Source: Bilabrum cf. latius
Lineage: Eukaryota
Assembly (NCBI GenBank): GCA_965178125.1
Contig: OZ237740.1
Location: 1,178,001 to 1,242,000 of the forward strand
Reading direction: 5' to 3'
Length of the DNA stretch: 64,000 nucleotides
A model generated the notes under the pieces. The model saw nothing but the letters and a program-made list of their open reading frames with translations. It had not been told where the DNA came from and searched no databases. Numbering within the stretch: position 1 is the stretch's first letter; each line of letters starts with the position of its first letter. Positions 37,901 through 50,600 of the stretch are shown one piece after another. A program made the translations under genes and the position numbers.

Positions 37901-40900
37901 GCGCCTCGTTCGGGCTCAACGCGACCGGGGCGGCGCTGCCGTACCACTCCTCTTTTGTCCCGGCGGGGGCCCGGCCGGAGCGGGTGACCGTGTATGCTCG
38001 CATGGGCGGGTATGACCTAAGCGGGGCTGCCTCCGGCGCAGGCCCCCACGTGGCGCTCCATGAGCACGACTTCGCGAGCGCTGCCTATGAGGAGCACGTG
38101 CTGCGGTCGGTGAGCCGGGAGTCCATGGGCCAAGGTGGCCCACCGGCGCTCTCGCAGAGCCTGCTGGCTTCAGAGGGGAGCTTCCCCGGTGGATCCGGCG
38201 GGGCAGGCCCAGGCGGGGCCGCCGGGCCGTACGGGATCGGCATGCCGCGGGATGGCGGAGTGGGCGGGGGCTTCGGGGGGGACGGCGTGGTCATGGTGGG
38301 CGCGGGCGTCGTGAGGGGCGTTTGGAAGCACGGCAGCAACTACCGCCACTCGCCCGGCGCGGCCATGCACCCCCGCGCAGAGGAAGCAGAGGCCGGCAGG
38401 GGGAGCCCGGCTGAGTACGACCGGTGGTACAAGCTAGACGTGTTTCTCAACTGGGAGAACCAGACGTATTCGATGCGGCTCGACGACGTCGCGGTGGTGC
38501 GGGCCTAGCCCTTCAACGGGAGCTCGCTGCGGAGGATCGGGCTGTACGTCAGCGGGCCAGGGGTGGCCTACTTTGACGAGGTGTACGCCGGTCCGGACGA
38601 CACGATGGGCTTCGCGTGCCCCGAGTCGGCGCCGAAGCCTGGCCTGGTTCAGGACCTAGCTCTCGCCGGGTCTGCCGCGGAGAACACGAGGGCAGACCTG
38701 CTCGCCACGCTGTCGCCGGCCGTGCGGGCTCAGGCCACGGACGACCTGGCCATGCGATCCCGAGTGCAGGATACCGTGCCGGGGCTGGACGTGCACACGG
38801 CCAGCGCAAGCCAGGAGCTTGCCATGGAGCAGAAGCTGATCGACCGATCGATTGCTGATGGGGATGTCACCCCTGGCGGCACGCTGCACATGGATAGGCC
38901 TGTGCAGAGTGGCTGGACGGCCGAGGACGTGGGCCCCGAGACCACGCTCCATCCCATGGTGCGTCACGATAACCACCTGTCACAGAGGGAGAGGTACCAG
39001 CACGAGTCGCAGGGCGGGCTGGTGTTCTTCGACGGGGAGGGCCACCGGGATTTCCACTCCGACATCAAGACCAAGACCGCTTCGGGCGACCACAACGTAA
39101 GCCACGGGTAGGTGCACTACGGGGCGATGCTTCACGTTCCGGGTGACGCTCCACCTGATGTGCTGGTGGATGCGGCATCCTCATCGGCAACGCGCGGGCT
39201 TCAGGTGCTGCCTGCTGAGCGCATCTCGTTCCTGTTTGACCAGCCCGAGTTCGACGCGCCCGCGGCACAGGACGAAGACGACGGGGAGGGCGGGGCCTGG
39301 GCGGCCCACGTCGCAGCTGCCTTGCCGGGCTACGAGAACCCTCGCGGCGGCTTTAGAGCGGCGCCGTGGCCGCAGCGGCTGGACCCCTCTGCGCAGGGTG
39401 GGCGGGCGTACGGCTCAGCGGGAGACTTTTCGACGAGGGGCGGCTTCGAGAGGGACCTCGTGTCTGGGAGTGCCGACACGGACGATCTGTCGGCGAGAGA
39501 GCGCGCGCGCATGCGCCCGAGCTACGGAGGCAGCAGCGGGCGAACGTACTGGTTCGGTGAGCACGACTCGCGGCCGACGCAGGGCACGGGGCGCCCCACC
39601 CCTGCGGGCGCGACGGGCATCCCGCAGTACGGCTTCATCCGAAGAGGGGGCGTGTTCGCGTGCAGTACGAATGACTTCGTGTCATGGCGATTCGAGGGCA
39701 TGATGTACTCGTTTGACAACATCACCGGCCCTGCGAACGTCGAAGCCTCCTACTACGCCAACCAGGGCCCTGACGGGGACCTGCCGGGCGACGGCGTCGG
39801 GCCTGGGGCACCTGCGCTCCCGCCACAGCCTCTTTACCGGTCAGAGCGGCCCAAGGTGCTGTACAACAACCTCACGCGCCGCTTCGTGATGTGGCAGCAC
39901 GTGGACGATACTCCCAACCGGACTGTGCGCGCGGCCGGGATTGCCACTTCGAGATGGCCCGGCGGGCCGTACACGTGGAACCGTACCTTCTTGCCCGACC
40001 TGAACGAGACCACGGACCTGACGGTTTTCCAGGATGCGGACACTGGAGCGGCCTTCCTGGCTCGCACGTATTACGAGACAACAGACTACTACCTTCCCGC
40101 GCCCGTGATGCAGCCGGTGTGGGAGTCGGTCAAGAACCCCGATGGCAGCACCAACTTCGCGCTCAACTACCACCGCGCCAACTACGAGCGGGGCTACGAT
40201 GACCCGGACGACATCTACCGGCAGAGGTGGAGACTGGAAGACCTCGACTGGAGGGTGGTTGCGGGCGACTGGGTGGAGACATACGACAATGCTCGCAATC
40301 TCTTCCGCCTGGAGAACCAGCAGACGGGCGTGGTGCGAGAGTACGCACCAAACGACCGCGAGCTGCTGCTGGACGACACGCTGGATCCGAACGAAGCTAG
40401 GTAGATCCAGGGGCAGGGCCGCCCCCCGGTGGTATCCCGGTACCTGAACCACTCGGACCCCTCGAACTCGGCGTGGTCGCCCTCGAGCGTCCCCGCGGTT
40501 CTGGCGCAGCCCTGGCAGCAGAACTACGAGGACTTCAACATCGCAGACAACCCGACGCACGCCACAGTGGCCGACCTGCTGATCGCCCCCGAGGTCGTCG
40601 TCGAGTCGCGGCGCGCCAAGTTCCTAGCTATCTCTCAGCTTGACGAGAACTACACGGACACGACGGGCGTCTTGCGTGTGATCGAGGGCGAGATGGAGCG
40701 GCAGACGGACCTCATCGCAGTCATGGGGCAGTACGGGCGCTTCGGGTGGGAGAGCGGGCAGAGCATCCGCACCACCTTCGGGTACGACGTGGAGGGCCGG
40801 GAACAGCCGTTCGGCTTTGTCGAAGAGGTCGACTGGTTCGACAGGCACTGGCAGTATACACCGTCCCTCGGCCCGGGCTCGAGGGCGCTGGACTTTAGGA

Positions 40901-41277
40901 ACTTCCGGGACCGGCAAACTTCCAACGAATGCCCGAGGAAGCACTACGTGGCCAAGCAGGAGCACGCCAGGTGCCAGCGAGTGCTTCGCTTCAACACAAC
41001 GGCCGAGGACTCGCCCGCGCAAACCAACTTTGAGTTCGAGCAGATCAGCTACGCGAGGGCCACGGACACCTCCGAGTACGAAGAGTGCCTGGCGAACCAC
41101 AGGCAGCTGCTGCTGGAGTATCAAGAGTGCCTGCGCGCCATGGAACCGGATCTGGACGATATCTCCGAGTGGAGCGTTGGGTACAGGGAGTGCGTGGGAG
41201 GAGGCGGGCAGTGCGGCCCTCCACCGCTTGGGGCAATGCCGAACAGCACGTACGGCTTCCCAGCTTTTGTGCCATGA
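34948..41277 (+). CDS. Large (~2,050 aa) probably secreted protein with Gly-rich repeats and a C-terminal GH43-like beta-propeller domain; intron 35761-35925
   Basis: Single frame joined by TAG (34969, 35305, 37399, 38506, 39109, 40402). Hydrophobic N-terminal segment and GGGGSGG repeats. GH43-like motifs TYWFGE, GVFACSTNDFVSWRFEG, ERPKVLYN, FVMWQH, GIATS..PGGPY and DLTVFQD; stop TGA. Confidence 0.78.
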
Positions 41278-41801
41278 TCGAGGCCAACACTTTTACTTAC
41301 GACAGTTCCGAAGTCCCGGAATGATGAATCGCCTGCTGATCGGATTGGTTCTCGCTCTCGAGCACCGTATCTGGAGCCACACATTGAAATTCTGTTGCAA
41401 GATCATGTCTCAGAGAAACCAAGGAAGGGTACCGCTAAATCCCACATTAGTGTGGCTGGCCATGAAGCAACACGGCTTGCCAACTGATCCTGAGACACTT
41501 GAGGCGGTGAGACGCCGAATCAGTCGCGCGCTTGTCGTGTTGCTGCAACTAGCAATGGTCACTATTGCCTTGCCAGTAAATTCATTTCTATTTATTATTG
41601 CAGTATAAAGACGAGTTATGTGCAGTACTAGAGAGCGAAGGAGTGGATCCAGCCGTAGTTGATCTGTCTGGGGTATCGGCGGCTGGGCTGAGCTAGAGTG
41701 CCCCGTCCGTTGGTCCGATAGAAGCTGCGGACGGTCTCAGTGGTAGCGATTCTGCTGTCGAAATTCAGGCGTAGAACAAAGGACAGATCGATCCAGCGGC
41801 A

Positions 41802-44216
41802 ATGGCTAGGTTGCAGACTGCCGCGGCATCCGCTACCTCAACTGATGCCACCGCGGATAGCCACGAAGCGGAGCAAAAGTCTGAGCGAGGCCTCCCCACA
41901 ATGACTGTGCAAGCATTGAGTGCGTTGCCGTCCCAGTCGCAGTATGAACGGTCGCTCATGCACCGCGACATGATCACGCATGTGGTGTCGAGCCGAACGA
42001 CAGATTTTCTCGTGTCTGCGAGCGCAGACGGAATCATCAAGTTCTGGAAGATCACCCCGACCAAACTCGAGTTTGTAAAGCTTTTTAGAGCTCACGTGGG
42101 AGCAGTGACAGCAGCAGCATTGTCGCCGGATGGCCAGTACATGTGCACCTGTGGCGCCGACTGCGCCTTGAAAGTGTACGACGTGCGGGCCTTCGAGATG
42201 GTTGCCATGGTGGGAATCGGCGTCCAGGCCCTTGATGCTGCATGGCTCGGCAATCCACAGGCTGGTGGTGTGGGCGCCAGGATAGCGGTGGCTGCAGCAG
42301 GCACCAAGGACGTCCTTGTCTTTGAGCCGATCGCGGCAGTGTCCCGCACGAGAGAACAGAGCGCGGGCTCGGGCCTGGGATCCAGTGGACAGGGGGGAGT
42401 AGGACGCGCGGCTGGTATGGGACCTGGTCAAGCTGCGATGGACGATGGAGAGGACGGAGTGCTCGTGCTTGGGAGGGCAGGGAGATCCGCACCCACATCC
42501 TCACAGGCATCTGCGTCTTCATCAGCATCGTCTTCGTCGTCGTCAGCTGCGGCTGAGAGCGGCGCAAAGCCAGGGTAGTCGGGCGCTTTACAGCCTTCGG
42601 GTCGGTTTCAGGGGCACCGCATGCCTGTGTGCTGCATCGCGTACTGCCCAGTGACCAAGCTGGCCGTATCTGCCGATGCCAAGGGCCTCGTGGAAGTGTG
42701 GGATGGTGCCTCGCTCGGGAGACCAACCGCAGAGCAAGTGATGTGGTCCCGCAAACTCGAGACAGACCTCTTTATGCTAGCCAAGGGCAAGCGCATACCA
42801 TGCCGCGCAAGCTTCTCTCCGGATGGGAGTCGGTTCGCCATCCTTGACACCGAGAATCGGACCGAGGTGTTTGACGCGTCCACTGGCAAGGTTCTCTTGT
42901 CGGCAGACGACAGCGCGAGGGCGGTTGCGCTGCAGCACAGCAAGCTGGGCGACGGGGTGCCCGCTGCAGAAGTTGGAATCCCGCCCATCGCGCCCCGCGA
43001 CTCTTTGCAGATCGGTCGGGCCTCCGCGGCTGACAGGCAGCTGCGGCAGGGTCTTGAAGAGCTCCTGCAGCCCAGCCCCGGGGCATCGAAGAACCTGCCA
43101 TCATCGGCATTCCGCGTGCAGCGGCCCTCTGTGTGCTTCGACCGCGACTCTCGCGTCCTCCTCACGTCTGCCATGGACGGGATCCGCATGCGAGAGCTGG
43201 ACGGAGGCAGGGTGGTCCGCATCGCTGGCAGCCAGGAGACAGCCGAGAGGCTGACCGGGTTCGCGCTGTACCAGGGCGCGCCCGAGCTGGACGCGCTGCA
43301 CACCGGCTCTCTGCGCGCCATGAAGATGGCGGCGGACTAGAAAAGCAACTAGGCCGCCGGGGGTGCGTCTGGTGGCAGCGGCGGTTCCGGCACGGCTACG
43401 GCAGGTGGTGCAATCGTACCTGCCCTGTACTGCGTGGCGCACCGCCGTGCCAGGTTCTACAGCCTCACGAGGCGCTCACCGGAGGACGTTGCCGCTGCTC
43501 TAGGCTCTTCTGCCGGAAGCCACGGCCTGCACGGCCGGGACATAATGAATGAGCCGCCCTCTGAGGCGGAGCTTGCAGTGGCGAGGGCAGCGATGGGCAG
43601 CGGGGGCGAGGACGGTGAGCAAGGGGCGGCCGGCGACGGGGCGGCTGGCGCTGCGGGCGGCGATTCCGGACTAGAAGGCTTGCTGTCCGGTAGCGGGACG
43701 ATCGGGAGCGCGTCGAGCCATCCGGGTGTGGGCGGTTCCGGCCGTGTCACCATCGTGCTGCACACCTCAATGGGGGATCTCTCGCTTCGACTAGAGGGCG
43801 CGCTGGTGCCCAAGACGGTGCAGAACTTCGTTGGGCTCGTCAGGCGCAAGTACTATGACGGGCTGACGTTCCACAGGGTGATTCGTAACTTTATGGTGCA
43901 AGGAGGAGACCCCAAGGGAGACGGGACTGGAGGGGAGAGCCTGTGGGGGGGCACCTTTGACGACGAAATCGTGAGTTCGCTGAGGCACGACTCCAAGGGT
44001 GTGCTCTCCATGGCCAATGCAGGCCCCGGGACGAATGGTTCGCAGTTCTTCATGACGCTGAAGGCAACCCCGTGGCTCGATGGCAAGCATTCGGTCTTTG
44101 GCAAGGTGGTCGGGGGCTTGGACGTCCTGGATGCTATGGGAACAGTGCGAACCGAGGGAGACAAACCAGTTGAGCCGATCACTATCCTATCGGCGGAGGT
44201 ACAAAACGATGAGTGA
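41802..44216 (+). CDS. PPWD1: WD40-repeat plus cyclophilin protein (PPWD1/CYP71), ~804 aa
   Basis: LPSQSQYERSLMHRD, SASADGIIKFWK, LEFVKLFRAH, KLETDLF and RDIMNEPP; cyclophilin domain FHRVIRNFMVQGGDP, LSMANAGPGTNGSQFF and WLDGKHSVFG. In-frame TAG at 42576, 43338 and 43350; stop TGA. Confidence 0.92.
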
Positions 44217-44624
44217 TTGCAAGCAGCAAGTGAGCAAGAGAATCTTTGCCTCGCGGGTGACCACGTTTTGATATTCTTCTTCATTATTTGCCGGTTCTAA
44301 CCAAAGCTTGCTAAATCTGCCTTGGATTGGCGCCCACTAAGTGCTCAAGGTTTAGCTGTGCAGTGATAGCGTTCTAATCAATTTCACAGAATGCAGCGAG
44401 TATTGGGATCGACCCCTTCACCGCTTGTAAGGTGCTGCTTCGGCGTGTTCGTCCTTTGAGCACGTATGGTTTTGAACGTAGCACCAATTTGGAATCTGTT
44501 GGTGTCACTGTGATAGTACCAATGAAATATTACATGTAGACTTGACTGATTCGTTGGTATCCGCCGCGTTTTAGCTTTGATTGCGACAACCTCAAGGTAC
44601 TTGTATCACTCTTGTACACCGCAG

Positions 44625-47600
44625 CCACCGTGCTAGGTGCAGCTAGCTGCATTCCTACAGCCGTCCAGTGACGAGGAGTTTGTCTATAGACTTTCACACG
44701 TATATCAATGGCAATCTGAGGCGTAGGTAAGGCCGGCACCCTCGATGTCTTGTTGCTTTGATTCCTTCGGATTGCTGAACATTTGCCCCATCCTCGTTTC
44801 CCGATATTCTTCCAGCGCAGATGGACTTGATGTCATGGCAGCCAATATTTGATCGCATCGATGCCATTATGCGACGAACACTGCGTCGGTGTCCATGGGT
44901 CCTGATCGATAGTGCTCTGACGCCTCCATCAGTGGATGCTCTGTGTCAAGCCTCTGCTTTGTTAGCGCACTGCGTTCGCTTCACCGCAACCACGATGCGC
45001 CATTCATGTCATTCGACAAATTACTCTTCGATGGAGGTGAGCGAGTAGCTGGGCAAGAGATTCAATGCAACGCAGTAGTCACGTCCCCGTTCCGCCCACT
45101 TGTGCACACCCACGCTGAATACACGCCCTCTCCCCTCTGCTCTTTGCCTGCCCTTGCCCAGGTGCTAGCGCTACTTCTGGGTGCCAGAGATGATGCACTC
45201 TACGAGCTGGCCGCAGAAGCCATCGCATCTGTTGCGTTCAACCGGCAGTATACTCTGCGCCTGAAGGACTTCGAGGGCCTCTCCGGACTGCCGCCACGCC
45301 TCATCCCGCGGCTCCTCGAGATGGCGGCTGGGCATGGCTTCAGTGGGTTCGACTGCGGCGGCGGTCAGAAAACTCACACCGGAACTGATGCCACAAGCCG
45401 AGCCCCGGCCTGCAAGAAGTCCATGATCGAGGCGCTCCAGGACGTCGAGGACCACGCCCTGGAACGAGGCACCGACGGTGCGGCCGAGCAGGGCCGTGGC
45501 TGGGCGCGCGGTGGCATGTTTGGCGATGCAGATGGTACGTCGGCATTCATGTAGGGCCCGTCCGACTCAGAGCGAGACCCAGACAGCGCTGCCTCGAACG
45601 AGTCGCCCATGCTTGCCCAACCCGACCGTGGATCCCCACGCTCGGGTGCTCCAGCGCAGCACCCGGCGAGGTTTAAGGCGAGCCATCCAGACATGGGCGT
45701 GCTAGCGATTGACTTTGTGTCTCGCAGGCCTGCCGCTGAAGATGCCCCAGACGTTGCCATGCGCCGGCGATCAAGTGTTGCATCCGTGGATGACCCCGCT
45801 GTGGGCAAGCCATAGGGTGGAAGGGGCGCAGCAGCATCCCAAGACCGTGGCTCGGCGGCGGCGGCAGCAGCGACGAGCTCTTCTTCGTCATCATCATCGA
45901 AAGCTGCATCCTTCTCGCAGCACAAAGGCAGCGCAGCATCTTCGTCGAGTGCTGGTGCAGGAGCCTCTGCTGCTGGCAGTGTGCCCATGCGCGATGATGA
46001 TGCCGAGGACGATCACCCAAAGGAACGGTTCGTGCCCGTCAGCGAAGAGGACCCAGACGTTGTTCTGGCGTAGATGGACGTGCAGCGCCTCAGCAAGCTG
46101 CCAAGAATGCCACGGAGTCGTGGTGCAATGATCGTCATGTGCGCAGCTCGGGGCGCGCTGCATATGCTGGGCAAGGCGACGGAGAGGGAGGCCCTCCTCC
46201 GTGGCGAATTTGTACCTGCAAGCCAAGCTGCCCTCGAGTACTCTGCGGGGCGCCGCCTCGGAGAGGCTGCAGGTCCATCGAGCGGTGCCGGTGCGACAGC
46301 AGGCGCAGCAACCCATGGCAGACCGAAGGTGCAGTCGCCAGTGTACGGACGATCTTGCCCCACGTGGATGGTCGTGGATGACATCGCACGGCGGTACAAG
46401 GTTCCGCTGTCTCTGCGATTCTGCCTGATGTGTCGCGTCAGGGCAGCAAGGTAGCTCACACACCCCAGCGTTGCGATCCGCAGAAGGCATTTGCGCATGC
46501 AGTTGCTGAACACCACCAGCATTCTCGCCTTGAACCAGGCCCTACTTGAGTCGAACAGTACATCGGTAGCAATGATTGCTGTGCTGGATGCAATGGAGAT
46601 TTTCAATCCTAATCCCAGTGCGAGGCTGCTGCAGTTCGCAGGCCTTCTGACCATGGGGCTATCAACTTCAGAGGAGGCTAGGGACAGCGAGGGGCCGGGG
46701 GTGGCCGCGAAAGCGTGGCTGAAGCAGCTGGATCAGCCCGCCGCCCAAGGTGCTCACGAGGCTGCGCTGGCGGCATTAAACGTCCCAAGACTGGTTAACA
46801 GCATCACAACGCCAGACTTTTTGGCTCGGCTTGGCCAGCAGTACCGACTTGGGGATCCGTCTGCGGAATACGCTGTGCAGATGATTCGCAGGGGCTCCTT
46901 GGACACATATGTAGAGGATGCGTACGTTGCAGCGGAGGGAGAATTCCTGCGCGACCCTTCGGATGCGGACAGATCAGCCCATCACGATGAGCCTACGTGC
47001 GCGTACGCAACAGCTCCCGACCAAAGTCTTGAGACGGGCAGGCCGGTGTCTTTGCCCGCACTTAGCCACTCAGAGGTAGCAAGCGAATCGAAAGTGGCTG
47101 AAGTCGCCGAAGAATGGCTGCGCAGGCGGCAAAGTGGCCATGGAAGCCCTCGACCCCTGCCCTCGGATGAGTCCGGTGGAGCTGCCGGGCAGGCAGCGAT
47201 GCCCAAGGGAGACTCAGACATAGACGCGGTAGACAGCACCCTCCGAGATGCCTAGCACGCAGCCGACGTCCGCCGCAAGGGCGGTAGCGAGACTGAAGCC
47301 TTCTCTGACATTGGGATCGTGACACCCCTGTTGCGTCGATTACTTGGCAGAGTGCAGCGAGGAGAGCCTCCTCCAGCCATCGCCAACGCGATTCAGTGCT
47401 TGCTGCGCGAGAAGCAAGACGTGGCAGACAATTTGACTGGGCTTTCTGCACCAGCCTCTGCGCATGGTGGGTATGGTCCAGCGACAGCCTCGGTATTTAC
47501 GCACGAATTGGGGCGAGCTATGACGGCTGCCAGAGAGACACGGCTGTTGCTTGATGAGTATCACGCAGTTTGTCCGAGCACATTTCGTGGACTGGCAGCA

Positions 47601-50600
47601 GCAGCCATAGACCAGATCTTGCAGGCGGAGCAAGTCGATGATGGAAACCCGCTGCTTCAGCTCGTTGGCCCAGCTGCAAGTGCCATCGGAATATGCAGAC
47701 CTTCTGGACCTTCAGTTCACGCCGCTCGGTGGGCTAGTCGCGTGTCGGCACGTTCTTCGGTGCCTCGCTGTGGCGCCAGGTCTTACATCCACCTGCACCC
47801 AATGATGCACCTGTGCACTGAACTCTCTGGAGGCAGTGACAGCCTCGAGTCTCGCCAGGAGCACGCAATCTAGTCATTACCTCCAGCCGGGGCGGCAATC
47901 GCCGCGGGCCACCCTATCGAGCTGGAGCTCGGCCTTGCCATGCTTCGTGGATTGGCGCCAGTCACTGGGCTTACCTTTGCTGCCTCGAGCGATCGTGGAG
48001 TTGACCCGGAAGTGCAGCGCCTGTCATCTCATGAAGACCTGGCGACCTCCCCGCTGAGTCCGGGCAGCGGACCAGCACGTGATGCAGCTTCAATCAGTAG
48101 CGATATCTCTCCTCTGGCTAAGCAAGAAGATCTGAAAGTCCCACCGGAGGTAGCGGCGGCCGGCACCGCTGGCGCGCTTGGCTTTGATGGTCGGGTTTCA
48201 TTTCAGCTTGAGTCCAAGGCTACACAGCTAGGACCGGATCTGTCAGCATCGGAGCTGCTCGCAGATTCGAGACTAACTTGGAAGCTGGATGCAATGCAGA
48301 CGCGCGCCCTGCGTCTCGCCTTTGCAGTGCCGAACTGCTCGCATCTTCTTGTTCCGTCGGCCGGTGTTCCTGGAGGCGAGTACACGACGAACAAGTAGCA
48401 CCTTCCACCGTTTGTCGACATAAAGCATAATCTTGCGCGGCTCTCTAGCAGGAAGCTAGCTACCCAGCCGTCGGCTGGGCTGGCAAAGTCGGCCTGGTCG
48501 GACTCAATGCAGTGGCAAGCGCCTGTTTTGCCGGCTCCGTGGGCCGATACACACCTGAGCAAGGCGGGCTGCCATGGTGGGATGGCGGGAGCGTCTGGCA
48601 AGGCCGGCTTTGGCAGCATGGACATGGTACAGCGCTTGTTTACAGGAGCTGACACCAGCCCGTGGACGGCTGCGGTCCCTGCAGGTGTTGGGACCATTGA
48701 CAGCAAGTGGATCAAGACAGCTTCACACGACGAGGCTTAGAACATGATATCTCTGCTTTGCGCAACCATGGTATGCGGTTTGAGCGATGACAGGAAGTCT
48801 GCCAACGCAGTAGGAGAAGCTGCGGTGGGACTCGTGGGAGTGCATGCGAGAAGCATTTCGCAGCACGAGTGCCTTCTTCGTGGCTTGGTACTTGTGCATC
48901 GCGTGATGGTGGATGGGACCTTGGATCAGTACGGAGACCCGGGCAGTACACCGGAATTTGTGGGAGAGATGAAACCGCACGCTCGTGCAGCAGCTCGAGC
49001 GCGTCAGCTGCTTATGGATCACCACATGAGCTCCACTGTTGAACTCAGCCCCCCGCCAGGTATCGCCGAGCTGGAGTAGCACCTGCGACGGTTGCGTCGG
49101 TCTGCCGCCACAAGTGCGTCGAGCAGCTCGTCGCCGTCTGCACAGCCTTAGGCAGACTACTCAGATGGACTGTGCAAGTTGAGTAGAATCGAACACGACC
49201 CCATCGTCACACCGCCGTCGTGGAGAGATCCAGGCCGCCTGCTCGGTGCTCCAGTGCGAAACAGAGAGCTAGCCGAATCGCTTCGCAGTGCCACTGCTAG
49301 CAAGTACGATGAACTGTTTGGCTTCGTGCAGATTGAAGACACCCCCGCGGAAGCCCTATCGCCAATTTATACTGCCACAATGCCGCTGTCTCCAAGGCAG
49401 CGGTGTGAAACAGTCATTCTTAGCAAGGTGATTCACGGCGCTCTGCAGCTGGCCGAGGGCGTTGAACTCATGCAACCGTTACTAGTCATTCACGAAGCTG
49501 ACCCAGACGAAGGCAAGGACTCAGCTGCGGATCAATAGAAAAGCAGCGGTTCAGGTGCAGCTTCAAGCGCGGCATCTGCAGCAATGGAGGATGATGAGCA
49601 TGTGGCAGATAGGGAGCCAAGCCATCGCCGAGCCCGAGTTTCCCCTGAGCTGGTCGAATCCTTGTACGGTATCGCAGGTTCCGGAGCCCTGGTGGCATCG
49701 AGAGATTCTGATTTCATTGCATTCGTGAAGTGTGTTTTGGCATTCCCTAGAATGGTGGGGAGGGTGGTATATTAGCGAACGTTGGAGATCCTGGCCCACG
49801 CTGTCCATGAGGACCCAGGCAGAGCTTCGGTGTTGCATTAGAGTGGAATATCTCCGTTGTTCGCATAGTCCATTCTGAATCGCCAGCTTCCGCCGGGACC
49901 AGATGTTATGCTTATTGCCGCGCGGCTGTTGGCGGGCTTGTTGCTTCCAAAGACTGGCTGCAGGGCGCTATTGCTGGAGTGCGACCCGGTGCGGCCGCCG
50001 ACGACCAATGTCCGTGAGAGCATTGATGGGTCCCAGCCAACAGTTTCGTCGGATACATCGTATGCTGAGCTGCTCCGCAGTCCCTCAAGTATTGAGATCA
50101 GGGCCCGGGCTCCTGCTGACAGAAGTTTGGATATTGCTCTCGCAAGGCAGGACGGTCCTTTGCTGCAGCGCGCTCTGCGGGACAGTAGGGATGGCCAACT
50201 TGACAGCGCCATACTCCTAGAGCATATGAGGACCTACGCTGTTGGCGTGAATGTGTATTCGAGCGATGTATCATTGGACGGTGACTTGGACGAGGCATCA
50301 AAGACGAAGGAGCTCACGCATGCAGACAAGTGCATCGGCGCAGCCCGAACCCGAGGCTTGGCTGCGTTGGTTTCTGGACTGATCGGCGGTCTCTGGAATC
50401 CATCTCTAGCATGTGGTGCTGGCTGGTTTGATGTACCTAGCACTAGATCGAATGAGCTTGGGTGGGTGTATGACTCTGGTAGAGTAGCCTAGTGCGGGAT
50501 CGATTCATTCTGTAAAACTGTTGGATGGGACAGCTGGCAGACCCTCCATTCGCCGGAGCAGTCGTTGAGTCCAGAAAGCAGCCTACCCCCCTTGTTCGGC

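Noticed and set aside
41321-41608. 95-aa hydrophobic ORF ending in TAA
   Set aside because: It begins only ~44 nt after the upstream stop and has no recognisable homology. Unresolved without RNA data.
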